A DNA stretch of 22,130 bases from a virus, in the IMG/VR virus record IMGVR_UViG_3300037264_008088; one strand, 5' to 3'. Of the stretch, positions 1 through 8,113 are shown one piece after another. How positions within the stretch are numbered: the stretch's first letter is position 1; each line of letters opens with the position of its first letter. The notes beneath the pieces are model-generated. The model did not search any database. It had not been told where the DNA came from and saw nothing but the letters and a program-made list of their open reading frames with translations. The translations under genes and the position numbers were made by a program.

Positions 1-2
1 TC

Positions 3-81
3 TGGTACTGCGGGCGGGGTTCGAACCCGCACTGTCATGCCCCTCAAGCATGCGCCTCCTGCCAAGTTGGGCTACCGCAGC
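3..81 (-). tRNA. tRNA-like gene at the window edge (79 nt including encoded CCA); anticodon loop reads TTGAGGG (anticodon GAG) but no long variable arm
   Basis: Minus strand reads GCTGCGG-TA-GCCC..(D loop)..GGC-G-CATGC-TTGAGGG-GCATG-ACAGT-GCGGG-TTCGAAC-CCCGC-CCGCAGT-A-CCA. Acceptor 7 bp with G1:U72, canonical T-loop TTCGAAC, 5-bp anticodon stem, encoded CCA at 3..5. The D-stem has only 3 bp, and a Leu identity is inconsistent with the short variable loop, so isotype is unresolved. Confidence 0.55.
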
Positions 82-104
82 GTGTGAAACTTTCTCAATC
101 TCCT

Positions 105-138
105 CCAAAGCAAAGGGGCGAGCCTTCGGCTCGCCCCC
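105..138 (-). terminator. Rho-independent terminator downstream of the 764-aa gene
   Basis: Minus strand: GGGGCGAGCC-CGAA-GGCTCGCCCC (10-bp GC stem, tetraloop) at 115..138, followed by TTTGCTTTGG (105..114). Lies between the stop of the 389..2629 gene and the tRNA-like gene. Confidence 0.5.
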
Positions 139-388
139 AGAATCCCATGTGCCTGACTTGGACTCTTAGGGGCCATCCTCTCCACTCCCGAGCAGCAGCG
201 ACGCTGCCAGGATGGCGGATGAATGCGACAACGCGGCGGCGGCGCCCGCTAGGGCGACCGACGCCGAATGTAAGGATGAATGTGCCTGTCGCATGTTCCC
301 TGAGTCCTGGTGGCTCCAATCGCCACTCACCTACTCTACAATGTAGTTATACGGAAGTCAAGCGTGATTCCTGCAAAATTGTCTGTTT

Positions 389-2629
389 TTATGATTTGAG
401 GATGGAAAGTATCCTCTTGGAGTCCTCGGGGCTTGCCTGGACGTACGGCCCCTGCTTCAGCGCCGACCTGAATGATCCCTTGCCATGGATGATCGGCGGG
501 TTCCCGTCCTCCACAATGACGCCGATGTTCTGCTCCACGCATGCCAGGTATACCCCTGGGGCGTCGGCCCTCACCATCACGAACGGCGAGAACTTCCCTG
601 GCGCGGCGGCCACCTTGGTCGCCGCGCGGCTGGCGGCCGTCTTGGCCTTGGTTCGGGACGGTATCTTGGCGTCCATGAGGGCCTTCGCCGCCTCGGGTGT
701 ACTATTCTCCAGGAACACCATCTCGATGTCCCCAACGGCTATCCCGCCGTGTACCTGGGCCTCGACGTACTGCGTATCGCGCCCACCGCCTTTGTACAAG
801 TCCTCGATCCTAGTGGCCGAGTCAATGTTCTTGATTATCGTCCCCGTTCCGTCCCCAGACGCGCTGGAGTCGAACTGCGCCATTGGAACCGTCGCCCTGG
901 ATCCAGCGACGCGACTCCCTAGCAGCCCGTTAGCCTTGGCCTTGGCGACGTTCGCTGGGTCCTTGTCGTACGTGGTGTTCGTGTCAAGGGAGTCGCCGTA
1001 GGAGATCGTGCAGCGCGCTGCCGCCTCGGGCTTGAGCATGATGACGGCCCCGCCATACCTTGCGGCCTCGCCACCGTCCCCGTCCGGGAAAGACGACAGG
1101 AAGGCGTATACCGGCCTGCCGGAGTCGGCCATCTGCGTCCCGTAGCCCATCGCCTGCAACTCGATGCCCTTCCTCTCCTGGTAGGCGATGCCGCCGCCGG
1201 TAGTTCCGGTCTCGAACTGGGTCTTGAACCTGCCGCTCCCAATCATGCCAGGGAGAGCGTGCACGGGCATCCTGACGAAGACGCGTGCCGCCTGAACCAA
1301 CTGCTTGATCTTCTGGTCCAGCATGGCCTTGAGTTGCTGCGGTGGCAGCCCCTTCTGTTTTGCGCTATACTCGATATGGCTGGCCGATGCCTTGGCTGAC
1401 TGGCTCTTGAAGATGTCGTCCGAGTACATCGGGAGCGCCCTGGCGATCTCGGGGATGGACTTCCAAGCTTGGTCCCCGGACTGGCCTGCGGCGAGCAACT
1501 TGGCCAGCCATGCCGGAGGCTTGCCACCGAGCATGGCGGCCAGGATTTTGTTCCTGATGCCAGGGTTGGACAATAGCGCCGTCGCCGCGGCATGCCTCTC
1601 CACCGGGTTCGCGGACGCCGCCGCAGCCGCGATGTGCTTCTCGGTGGTGAGTGTCTTGGCGATGGCCTTCTCCTTGGATATCTCGCCGCGCACCCACTCC
1701 AGCTCGCTGGACGAGTCGCCCATGACCACGGCCTGGACCGGCTCAGACTCCTGCACGAACTGTAGCAGCGCCTCGTTCCTTGGCTGGGTGGGGACGGACG
1801 CGAAGACCTTCAGTGACTCCAACTTTTCTGGCATCGCCTTCGGCGACACGAGGAACTTTGATCGCAGGAACGACAGGTATATCCTCTTGGGGTCCTTGAT
1901 TGGTAGCCCCATCTTCTCCGGGGCGGCCTTCATGAATCCAACGGATCCCACGGAATCCACGTTCCAAAGGGCGGTCCACAAGGCCGTCTCGACGTTCTCT
2001 GGGTTTTGCAGGTAGGCCTTCAGTTGCTGTTGGACGTACGGCAGGGATGCCTCGTGGTATACCTCCTTGCTTATGCTGCTGGACCCCATCGGCTGGCCGC
2101 TGATGTAGTCCGCTGCCAGGAACCTCATCACGTCGTCCAGCCTTCCCTTTATATGCGGACCGACTTCAGGGTTCTGGATCATCCCCCTGGTGCCCTGCAA
2201 CAACTCGTTCAAGTGCTGCTTGTCATCCTTGAACATGTCCATCATCGCCTTGAGTTGCTGCTGGTTGAACCTCGCATAGTCTAGTTTGGCGAGGTTCTCC
2301 TTCACGAAGGCCTGCAAGTTATAATCCCGGCCGCTGAGGGCTTCCAGCACGCGCTGCGGGGAGGCCAGGTTGACTGCCGTGATGCCTTTGCCATTGAGCG
2401 CTTTGGCGAGGGCCTCGCCTGACTTGGCATCGAATATGTTCCAGTCAAGGCTGTCATTTCTTAACGCCCACCGCAACTCGTCAAATACCTCGTCAATGGG
2501 GCTTTGGGCGTAGTAGAGGACGGACTTAGGATTCCTCACGTCAAGCGGCGGCGGCGGCTTGGCCACCGGGGCCTGCCTGGCGAACTTGCAGTTGGCTCGC
2601 ATCCACGCTGACAGTCGGCTGATCCTCAT
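389..2629 (-). CDS. Large hypothetical protein (746 aa from the ATG at 2629; the ORF track extends to a TTG at 2683). N-terminus MRISRLSAWMRANCKFARQAP carries a motif shared with the next gene
   Basis: Long minus-strand ORF with protein-like composition. ATG at 2627..2629 lies 1 nt after the TGA of the upstream gene, which suggests translational coupling. Stop TAA at 389..391. No family recognised with confidence. Confidence 0.7.
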   Translation of the reverse strand: MRISRLSAWMRANCKFARQAPVAKPPPPLDVRNPKSVLYYAQSPIDEVFDELRWALRNDSLDWNIFDAKSGEALAKALNGKGITAVNLASPQRVLEALSGRDYNLQAFVKENLAKLDYARFNQQQLKAMMDMFKDDKQHLNELLQGTRGMIQNPEVGPHIKGRLDDVMRFLAADYISGQPMGSSSISKEVYHEASLPYVQQQLKAYLQNPENVETALWTALWNVDSVGSVGFMKAAPEKMGLPIKDPKRIYLSFLRSKFLVSPKAMPEKLESLKVFASVPTQPRNEALLQFVQESEPVQAVVMGDSSSELEWVRGEISKEKAIAKTLTTEKHIAAAAASANPVERHAAATALLSNPGIRNKILAAMLGGKPPAWLAKLLAAGQSGDQAWKSIPEIARALPMYSDDIFKSQSAKASASHIEYSAKQKGLPPQQLKAMLDQKIKQLVQAARVFVRMPVHALPGMIGSGRFKTQFETGTTGGGIAYQERKGIELQAMGYGTQMADSGRPVYAFLSSFPDGDGGEAARYGGAVIMLKPEAAARCTISYGDSLDTNTTYDKDPANVAKAKANGLLGSRVAGSRATVPMAQFDSSASGDGTGTIIKNIDSATRIEDLYKGGGRDTQYVEAQVHGGIAVGDIEMVFLENSTPEAAKALMDAKIPSRTKAKTAASRAATKVAAAPGKFSPFVMVRADAPGVYLACVEQNIGVIVEDGNPPIIHGKGSFRSALKQGPYVQASPEDSKRILSILKS

Positions 2630-2630
2630 A

Positions 2631-3662
2631 TCATAGAACTCCAAGCGAAACCATCTGCCTGTACAGGGGGTTGCTGTGGACAAGGAGCACCCCGTTCGCC
2701 TGCGTGACCACCTGGGACTTCGGGGCGATCATCGCCACCTCCCTGAGGACGTCGTCTGGCACCGGGGGCGAGATGTACACGTCGCCAGAGTACGGCCCCA
2801 TAGGGCTGATGCGGCTCCCGTTTGCGTCTAGTTTCAGCGGGGTGTTGTTCCTGCTCATGCCGGTGGCGCTCTCGACTTCCTCCGGGGCTATGCCCCTGTT
2901 GGACATGTGCCTCACGAAGACGTCCTCCCCGCTGTTGTCGCCCTTCGTGACGTAGTTCACGTAGACCTGGACCTTCAGGGACACCTGCCTGTTCGCCGCG
3001 AGCCTGTTCAGCCCCGGGGTCATGCTCATCAACTCCTCCGCGCTCACCCTCTCGCCAGATTGGAGCGAGACCTGCTCCCTGGCAGCCGCCGTGCTCAATG
3101 CCGGACTGGCGTGTGACACGACGTCCGCGGCCGGCGCCGTTATGGACAGGTCCCCGAGCCCGTCCCCGACCGGCTTGAGGACGACGGTCTCGGCCTTGTA
3201 GTCGATCCGCTCGACGTAGGCCTTCTCCCCGGCCAGAACCCCAAGGTCGCCCGGCGCGCCGTCGCCAACGGAGAGCAGCATCCTGCCAGTGCGCAACGGT
3301 TGCCCGTCAGGGAACCTGTGCTTGTCCTCGAAGCCGGATATGAGGGATTCTTGATCCTTCTTTTGGGTCGCCGCCTTGGCCTGGGACAACTCCTCGTCGT
3401 GCCACGGGTGATTGGGCCCGCTGAAATGCTTCCAGGACTTGGTCCTGTCGCTGCTCAGCATTTGCTCCCGCCCCTGCGGGTCCTTGACCCTTGCCTGCCA
3501 GAATGGCTGGCCCCTGGCGTCGCTCCCGGCCTGGGGCTTGTCCACCACGAGGAAGTACTCCCCCGGGCGGTCTGGCAACTCTATGCGGTCTCCCCTTTGC
3601 GGTGGCTGGAACGCGGCGAACCTGCAATTCTCCATGAGCCATGCTTGGGTTTGGCGCGGCAT
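2631..3662 (-). CDS. Hypothetical protein (343 aa from the ATG at 3662; track start 3716 is a TTG). N-terminus MPRQTQAWLMENCRFAAFQPP shares a motif with the downstream gene
   Basis: ATG at 3660..3662 preceded by GGAGGTG 4 nt upstream. Stop TGA at 2631..2633. Protein-like composition. Confidence 0.65.
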   Translation of the reverse strand: MPRQTQAWLMENCRFAAFQPPQRGDRIELPDRPGEYFLVVDKPQAGSDARGQPFWQARVKDPQGREQMLSSDRTKSWKHFSGPNHPWHDEELSQAKAATQKKDQESLISGFEDKHRFPDGQPLRTGRMLLSVGDGAPGDLGVLAGEKAYVERIDYKAETVVLKPVGDGLGDLSITAPAADVVSHASPALSTAAAREQVSLQSGERVSAEELMSMTPGLNRLAANRQVSLKVQVYVNYVTKGDNSGEDVFVRHMSNRGIAPEEVESATGMSRNNTPLKLDANGSRISPMGPYSGDVYISPPVPDDVLREVAMIAPKSQVVTQANGVLLVHSNPLYRQMVSLGVL

Positions 3663-3686
3663 AAAACACCTCCGCAAGTTGCATTC

Positions 3687-3743
3687 TGTTGGCAGGATAA
3701 GGGTTCCTGCCAGCAACGAGTATCGAATGGCGCCAATGGCGCC
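3687..3743. promoter_or_regulatory. Intergenic structured region: 11-bp inverted repeat (3687..3697 / 3705..3715, core TGGCAGGA-TAAGGGT-TCCTGCCA) followed by tandem direct repeat AATGGCGCC x2 (3726..3743)
   Basis: Seen directly in the 80-nt gap between the small ORF ending at 3743 and the ATG at 3662. No U-tract follows the hairpin, so an operator or RNA-structure role is more likely than an intrinsic terminator. Confidence 0.3.
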
Positions 3744-4088
3744 TAGTCAAGAAAATACGTGTACGACTTTTCCAGTGACTTCAGGCGGCTGACGCGAATC
3801 CGCTCGAGGTGCGGCCTCATTGCCTCCTGGAAGGAGCGCGTCGCCTCCCTGACCTTTTCTGGCGTCCCCAAGGCTGGTGCTGGCCCTCGTCCAGCCATCC
3901 CCGACGAAAGAACGATTTTGAACTTCATGGCTCCAATTTCTCCCCTCTCCCCAGGGCCGCGCATCGCACTCCGCCAACCAGGCTCGTCCAGCGGCTTCGA
4001 ACTCCCTGGCGCGCTCGATCGCCTCGTCCATCATCCGGGCCAGGGCGAGTCGGCCCTCCTTAGTCTCCATGGCCCGTGCGATGTTCAT
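3743..4088 (-). CDS. Small hypothetical protein, apparently interrupted by a frameshift in a G-run (MNIARAMETKEGRLALARMMDEAIERAREFEAAGRAWLAECDARPWGEG in one frame, then EIGAMKFKIVLSSG...YFLD in the overlapping frame)
   Basis: Two overlapping minus ORFs (3747..4088 and 3743..3964). Each is protein-like on only one side of the GGGGAGAGGGGAG stretch at about 3936..3950, so a sequencing indel or programmed shift is implied. Confidence 0.3.
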
Positions 4089-4407
4089 GGTTCGTCATCC
4101 TGGTCGGCTCGCCGCTGTCCGCCAACTCCATGATCCGCGCCAGCACCGACTCGACGCTCGCATGAGCCTCGTCGGAACGCTCCCCGTAGAGTACTTCGCG
4201 GTTCATTGTCAGGCCGAAGCCCGCGCTGGCGCTCCATTCCACCTCCACCATGCCCGGGTCAAACCCCGTTCTGGTTGACGGCCCAGGCGAGAATTCCAGC
4301 CACCAGACGCCCAACAACGGCTCGTCCTCGCCAACCGTGGAATCGTCGATCGTGGCATTCGGGTACGCTCGCCGAAGTTCGGCGGCCAGTTGGTTCAGCG
4401 CATTCAT
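4060..4407 (-). CDS. Hypothetical protein (115 aa from ATG 4407, MNALNQLAAELRRAYPNATIDD...)
   Basis: ATG at 4405..4407 overlaps the TGA (4404..4406) of the upstream gene (ATGA coupling). The track start at 4437 adds an Arg-rich extension that is probably not translated. Confidence 0.55.
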   Translation of the reverse strand: MNALNQLAAELRRAYPNATIDDSTVGEDEPLLGVWWLEFSPGPSTRTGFDPGMVEVEWSASAGFGLTMNREVLYGERSDEAHASVESVLARIMELADSGEPTRMTNHEHRTGHGD

Positions 4408-5009
4408 GGCTTGAAGTCGTCCTCGACGTCGGCCCAAGCCTTGTCTGATATTCTCTGTAGGAACTTATGGATCAGGTTGTATATCTCCCGCAGCAGCTTC
4501 CTGACGGGGTCGTTGATTACGGTCCATAGGGCCGACCAGGGCCAGTAGGCGATCCAGAGGTAGATGCGGGCCTTGTGGTCGCCGACCTGGGGCTTGGCAT
4601 GCCTGGAGCGCACGGCGCGCTTGAATGCCTCGCTCAACTCGGCGGGACAAGCGGTGCCTTCAAAACCTGGCGCCGAATATGTGACCCCGTTGGCCCTGAA
4701 CCATTCCGCCTTGAACTCATCGTACAGCCTCCGCTGCTCCCGCACGTATAGGTACCACTTGCACACCGACCAGAGCGTGCCGACCAGGAAGTACCCGCCG
4801 ACGAGGCACGCGGTCAGCCCCGGGTTCGCCGCCATCGGCCTGAGGATGTCCACGCCGCACAACTGGAGCACGGCGATCGCGGCCAGGGCCGAGAAGGTGG
4901 CCCATCCAGCGTGCTCGAGCTCTATCCAGACGAGCAGGAGCACCATCTCAATGGCCAGCAGAGCCCAAAAAGACAGGGTTCCCACGGCGAACCATCCCAT
5001 CGCTTCCAT
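4404..5009 (-). CDS. Integral membrane protein (201 aa, about 4 predicted TM helices: FAVGTLSFWALLAIEMVLLLVWI, ATFSALAAIAVLQL, LVGGYFLVGTLWSV, IYLWIAYWPWSALW)
   Basis: ATG at 5007..5009 preceded by AGGAGAT. Hydrophobic segments seen in the translation. Confidence 0.65.
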   Translation of the reverse strand: MEAMGWFAVGTLSFWALLAIEMVLLLVWIELEHAGWATFSALAAIAVLQLCGVDILRPMAANPGLTACLVGGYFLVGTLWSVCKWYLYVREQRRLYDEFKAEWFRANGVTYSAPGFEGTACPAELSEAFKRAVRSRHAKPQVGDHKARIYLWIAYWPWSALWTVINDPVRKLLREIYNLIHKFLQRISDKAWADVEDDFKP

Positions 5010-5012
5010 GTC

Positions 5013-5432
5013 TTATCTCCTGATTATCACCCGCGCTGTCCCCCTTGCCCGCAGCCGCGCGAGTGGGTCGATGGCTAACCGGTCCAGCAGGGGGAGGTCC
5101 TCCGACGCCTTGATCCTTTCCCCCATCTCAATGCCAAGCCTGAGTGCCTCGTCAGCGGTCGGCGGCCCGTTCACGGCGATGGCCCCGAACACGGGGTGGG
5201 CGCACCCGAACAGCCTCTCCACCCGCTCGCGGGTGGCGTCGTCGTGGTACCCGGCGTAGTACGCCAAGTTCCTGCGCTCGAAGGCGGCGGCCTCCCCGCG
5301 CGACGAGTTCATGTCCCGCATCCTAGGCCCCACGCATGCCTCCAGGATCGCGTCGGCAGAAGCCTGGTCGGTGACCTTCATGGCCAGGTCGTACTTATCC
5401 TTCCAGCCTAGGTCGCTGAGCTTGTCCTGCAT
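5013..5432 (-). CDS. Hypothetical protein (139 aa)
   Basis: ATG 5430..5432 preceded by GGAAGGAGGAAG. Overlaps the 3' end of the upstream gene by 25 nt. Protein-like composition. Confidence 0.6.
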   Translation of the reverse strand: MQDKLSDLGWKDKYDLAMKVTDQASADAILEACVGPRMRDMNSSRGEAAAFERRNLAYYAGYHDDATRERVERLFGCAHPVFGAIAVNGPPTADEALRLGIEMGERIKASEDLPLLDRLAIDPLARLRARGTARVIIRR

Positions 5433-6415
5433 GCTTCCTCCTTCCCTTCATCGGGGAACATGTCCAGTTCTTCCATGAGAGACCTGCTCTCTATGCCCGA
5501 TTTCTTAACCTGTTCACATGTCCATTCCAGGATGGCCTGGACAGAGATTTTCTCGACGATTGGTTCCAGGTCGCACTTGTACAGGCCGGCCCCGTTGAAG
5601 GGACCGCACTCCAGAAGGAAGTGCCCGTCCCCGCAGGAGCAGACGTCGGCGACGTAGACGGAGTCTGGCTGCCACGAATGTTTGGCGATCTTCTCGGCAA
5701 CTTCCCTAGCCTCGGCCGTGAAGCCAGGCTGCGACGACGGCCTACCGTTCTCCTTGTACATGCTGCCGGCGATTACCTCGCCGCGACAAATGACGAAGCG
5801 CCACTCCCCGCCTATCCGCAGCGGCCTGGCGACGACGATTTGAGCGTCGTCGGGGATCTCGTAGCAGTCCTTGTTCATCTCGGCCCAGTGGTCGAACTTC
5901 TCTATGGGAACGACCGAGCCGCTGAACATCTTGAGGTTCTCGTCGGGCTTTATGAAGATGCAGCCGTCAGCCCCTAGCCTCTCGTAGAAGGAGTCCTTCT
6001 CGGCCCTCAAGTCCCCCCACCGGCAGAACTGGTACTCGGTCTGGAGGAGGAGATCCTTCCAGTTGGCGTAGTAGGAAGAGCAGCGCAGGTTCTCCAGGTT
6101 GAACCACGCGGTCGGGGTCCAGCGCCTTGGGCTGCACAGGGCCCTGCAAAGGTTGAGGCTGCCGATGACGACGACGCACTCTCCGTCGAGGTATGGCATG
6201 TTGGACGAGTATAACTTTCGGTGCCCGGACGCGTCCGAGACCTCGAAGGAGTCGCTCATGGGGACGTATTGGACGCGGACGCATTCCATGCCCTTGGAGC
6301 GGACGATGGCCGCCATGGCGTCGGGGTCGTCTCCCCTGAAGAGTTCCTTCTCGATGATCCACTTTGGCTTCATGGCCGTTGCCCTTTTCACTTTCACTAT
6401 AGAGGCCAGAGCCAC
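5408..6415 (-). CDS. Hypothetical protein, possibly an ATP-grasp-like fold (321-335 aa; GTG start at 6415 or ATG at 6373)
   Basis: Long ORF with protein-like composition. The C-terminal half (RPLRIGGEWRFVICRGEVIAGSMYKENGR...) loosely recalls ATP-grasp enzymes; this is not verifiable here. Confidence 0.55.
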   Translation of the reverse strand: MALASIVKVKRATAMKPKWIIEKELFRGDDPDAMAAIVRSKGMECVRVQYVPMSDSFEVSDASGHRKLYSSNMPYLDGECVVVIGSLNLCRALCSPRRWTPTAWFNLENLRCSSYYANWKDLLLQTEYQFCRWGDLRAEKDSFYERLGADGCIFIKPDENLKMFSGSVVPIEKFDHWAEMNKDCYEIPDDAQIVVARPLRIGGEWRFVICRGEVIAGSMYKENGRPSSQPGFTAEAREVAEKIAKHSWQPDSVYVADVCSCGDGHFLLECGPFNGAGLYKCDLEPIVEKISVQAILEWTCEQVKKSGIESRSLMEELDMFPDEGKEEACRTSSAT

Positions 6416-6445
6416 GGCGTCAAGCCTTATTATGGCACCATCAGG

Positions 6446-6730
6446 CTAACGTGGATGTCTGCCGGCAATGGCTTCGAGGAACCTCGCGTCTTCTTCGGCC
6501 ATAATTTCGGCGCATGCGTTCGCCTGAAGCCTCTCGATGATGTCGAATCGCCTGTCCCCGGACGTGGCCGCGGCGCTGGACGCGCTGGCCCTGCCAGACG
6601 GGACCGCACTGGACGCGGAGTGGATGGGCTCTATTGTCTCTGGTACGGCAGCGGCGACTGCCGTGGCGCCCAGGATGGTCGCGAGGAAGCCTCGTCTCGT
6701 CATCATGATGTCACCCATTGCGGCGGGCAT
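6446..6730 (-). CDS. Small secreted protein with a twin-arginine (Tat) signal peptide (TRRGFLATILGATAVAAAVP)
   Basis: RRxFL motif followed by a hydrophobic h-region and AxA-like cleavage region. Two possible ATG starts (6730 or 6706). The 6706 ATG overlaps the TGA of the upstream gene (ATGA). Confidence 0.6.
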   Translation of the reverse strand: MPAAMGDIMMTRRGFLATILGATAVAAAVPETIEPIHSASSAVPSGRASASSAAATSGDRRFDIIERLQANACAEIMAEEDARFLEAIAGRHPR

Positions 6731-7131
6731 CCGCCCCTGGCACGGATGACGACAGGCCCGTCGTTAGTCGGCTTACCGTTGACGCGGTCGATCGTGAACA
6801 CCACTACGTAGCCAAGCCTAAGCCGCTTTGGCTCGTGGTCGGGGTAAACTTCCATCTCGGACACGTGTTTTGGATTGCACGCCTTGATTTCCTTGACGAA
6901 GCTATCAACGAGCCTGTCCATCCCCTCGTCTATTTTCTTGTCCTTGGCCTTCGCTTGGGTGAACCTGTATACTGGGTTGGCCGCGACCTCGACCTGCTCG
7001 AAGCCGTCCTTCCACTTCTTGGTGGGCTTCATGCCCAAGGCTGAGAATATGGCCTTTTCCGCCTTGGCGAACTTCTTCATGAACGCCAGGTCTACCCCTT
7101 TGAACATGTGTGCCTTCATGTATGACTTCAC
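6703..7131 (-). CDS. Hypothetical lysine-rich protein (142 aa) in a lower-GC segment
   Basis: GTG start at 7129..7131 preceded by AAGGAGG at 8-nt spacing, overlapping the TGA of the upstream gene (GTGA). Local GC dips to about 50%. Confidence 0.55.
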   Translation of the reverse strand: MKSYMKAHMFKGVDLAFMKKFAKAEKAIFSALGMKPTKKWKDGFEQVEVAANPVYRFTQAKAKDKKIDEGMDRLVDSFVKEIKACNPKHVSEMEVYPDHEPKRLRLGYVVVFTIDRVNGKPTNDGPVVIRARGGCPPQWVTS

Positions 7132-8045
7132 TTGCCTGCCTCCTTTTTAATGTTCATCGCGTACTCGGCGATGTTGCGCTCCAACTCCTGCCTCACGTGC
7201 AGCGGGTCGAACGTGGCCTCGAAGAACGGGTCTCTCAAGACCGCATCGACCCGCCTTGGCTTGTGCCACGAGTCCAAATCCTGCTTCGTCATCCTCTCCG
7301 GCATCTCGCGGCACCCCGCGTCAGCCAGCAGGACGCCGACCTCGTACGGGGACGAGATCCCCTTGTCGTACACGTTCATCACGCGCCCTGGGATGTGGTT
7401 GGCGTTCCATACGTCAGTGGCGAGGTTCTGGTTCTGTTCCCTGTTTTGCAAGGCGGACAATGCCGTCCAAATGGTCCTGGCAATCGTACCAGCGCTTGTC
7501 ATCGAGTTCGGCGTGTCCAAAAGCCGGTGGTAGCCGTTCAACTTGGCCAGCGTGTTCCTTGGGCTCGGCAGCGGGGAGAAAACCTGCCTCGGGCGCAGGA
7601 TCAGGAGCGGCGACCCCACTTCGTCCATCAGGATGGCGTCGCAGGCGGCCTTTGTCCAGGCGTAGAAGCACGCTGGGGTGGGGGGGTCGCACGGTAGGAA
7701 CGGCCTCCCGTTGCAATATGGGCCGTCCCACACGCAGCCACTGCTCAGGTGGACGAATGGGATGTCCAAGTGCCCTGGCCCGCGCCACGCGTCCTTTATG
7801 GCCCTGTATACCGAAATAGGGCCCTGGACGTTGCACCTGAAGCACTCCGCGTGGTTGGCCTCGCACCACGCCAGGTCGGTCTTACCCGCTGTGTTTACGA
7901 CCGCGTCTGGCCTCAGATCGCCCAAGACGTCGGGGGTGATCCCGGCCATGTCGCCCTTCCAGTGTAGTTCGTCCGTCACAGACTCGCCCCAAGCAGAGCG
8001 CAGGAAGGTTCCAAGGTGCCCCTTGCCAATCAGCAGTATCCTCAT
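7128..8045 (-). CDS. NAD(P)-dependent reductase/epimerase of the RmlD (dTDP-4-dehydrorhamnose reductase)-like SDR family
   Basis: N-terminal Rossmann motif MRILLIGKGHLG and a PDAVVNTAGKTDLAWCEANHAECFRCNVQG segment resembling RmlD (PDVIVNAAAHTAVDKAE...). The ORF track extends to an upstream alternative start; ATG at 8043..8045 is used here. Confidence 0.6.
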   Translation of the reverse strand: MRILLIGKGHLGTFLRSAWGESVTDELHWKGDMAGITPDVLGDLRPDAVVNTAGKTDLAWCEANHAECFRCNVQGPISVYRAIKDAWRGPGHLDIPFVHLSSGCVWDGPYCNGRPFLPCDPPTPACFYAWTKAACDAILMDEVGSPLLILRPRQVFSPLPSPRNTLAKLNGYHRLLDTPNSMTSAGTIARTIWTALSALQNREQNQNLATDVWNANHIPGRVMNVYDKGISSPYEVGVLLADAGCREMPERMTKQDLDSWHKPRRVDAVLRDPFFEATFDPLHVRQELERNIAEYAMNIKKEAGK

Positions 8046-8065
8046 GAACTGGATTATACGCTGGA

Positions 8066-8094
8066 GGGATTTCCGGCCGGAGGCCGGAAATCCC
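8066..8094. promoter_or_regulatory. Perfect 13-bp inverted repeat GGGATTTCCGGCC-gga-GGCCGGAAATCCC in the divergent intergenic region; candidate operator. A TATAAT hexamer (minus strand, 8053..8058) lies 7 nt upstream of the RmlD-like ATG
   Basis: Seen directly. Located between divergently transcribed genes (7128..8045 minus, 8114..8803 plus), overlapping where a -35 element would sit. Confidence 0.45.
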
Positions 8095-8113
8095 TGTGCA
8101 GGAGGACGTTGCC

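Noticed and set aside
95-319. 74-aa minus ORF in the tail region downstream of gene 389..2629
   Set aside because: Arg-rich low-complexity translation, no RBS; the region is better explained as a non-coding 3' tail ending in a terminator.
84-1001. 305-aa plus-strand ORF (and 485..922, 1305..2015 and 2006..2284 on plus)
   Set aside because: They lie antisense to the long minus-strand gene 389..2629. Translations are Arg/Pro/Ala/Ser-rich with low complexity, typical of GC-rich antisense frames, and have no RBS.
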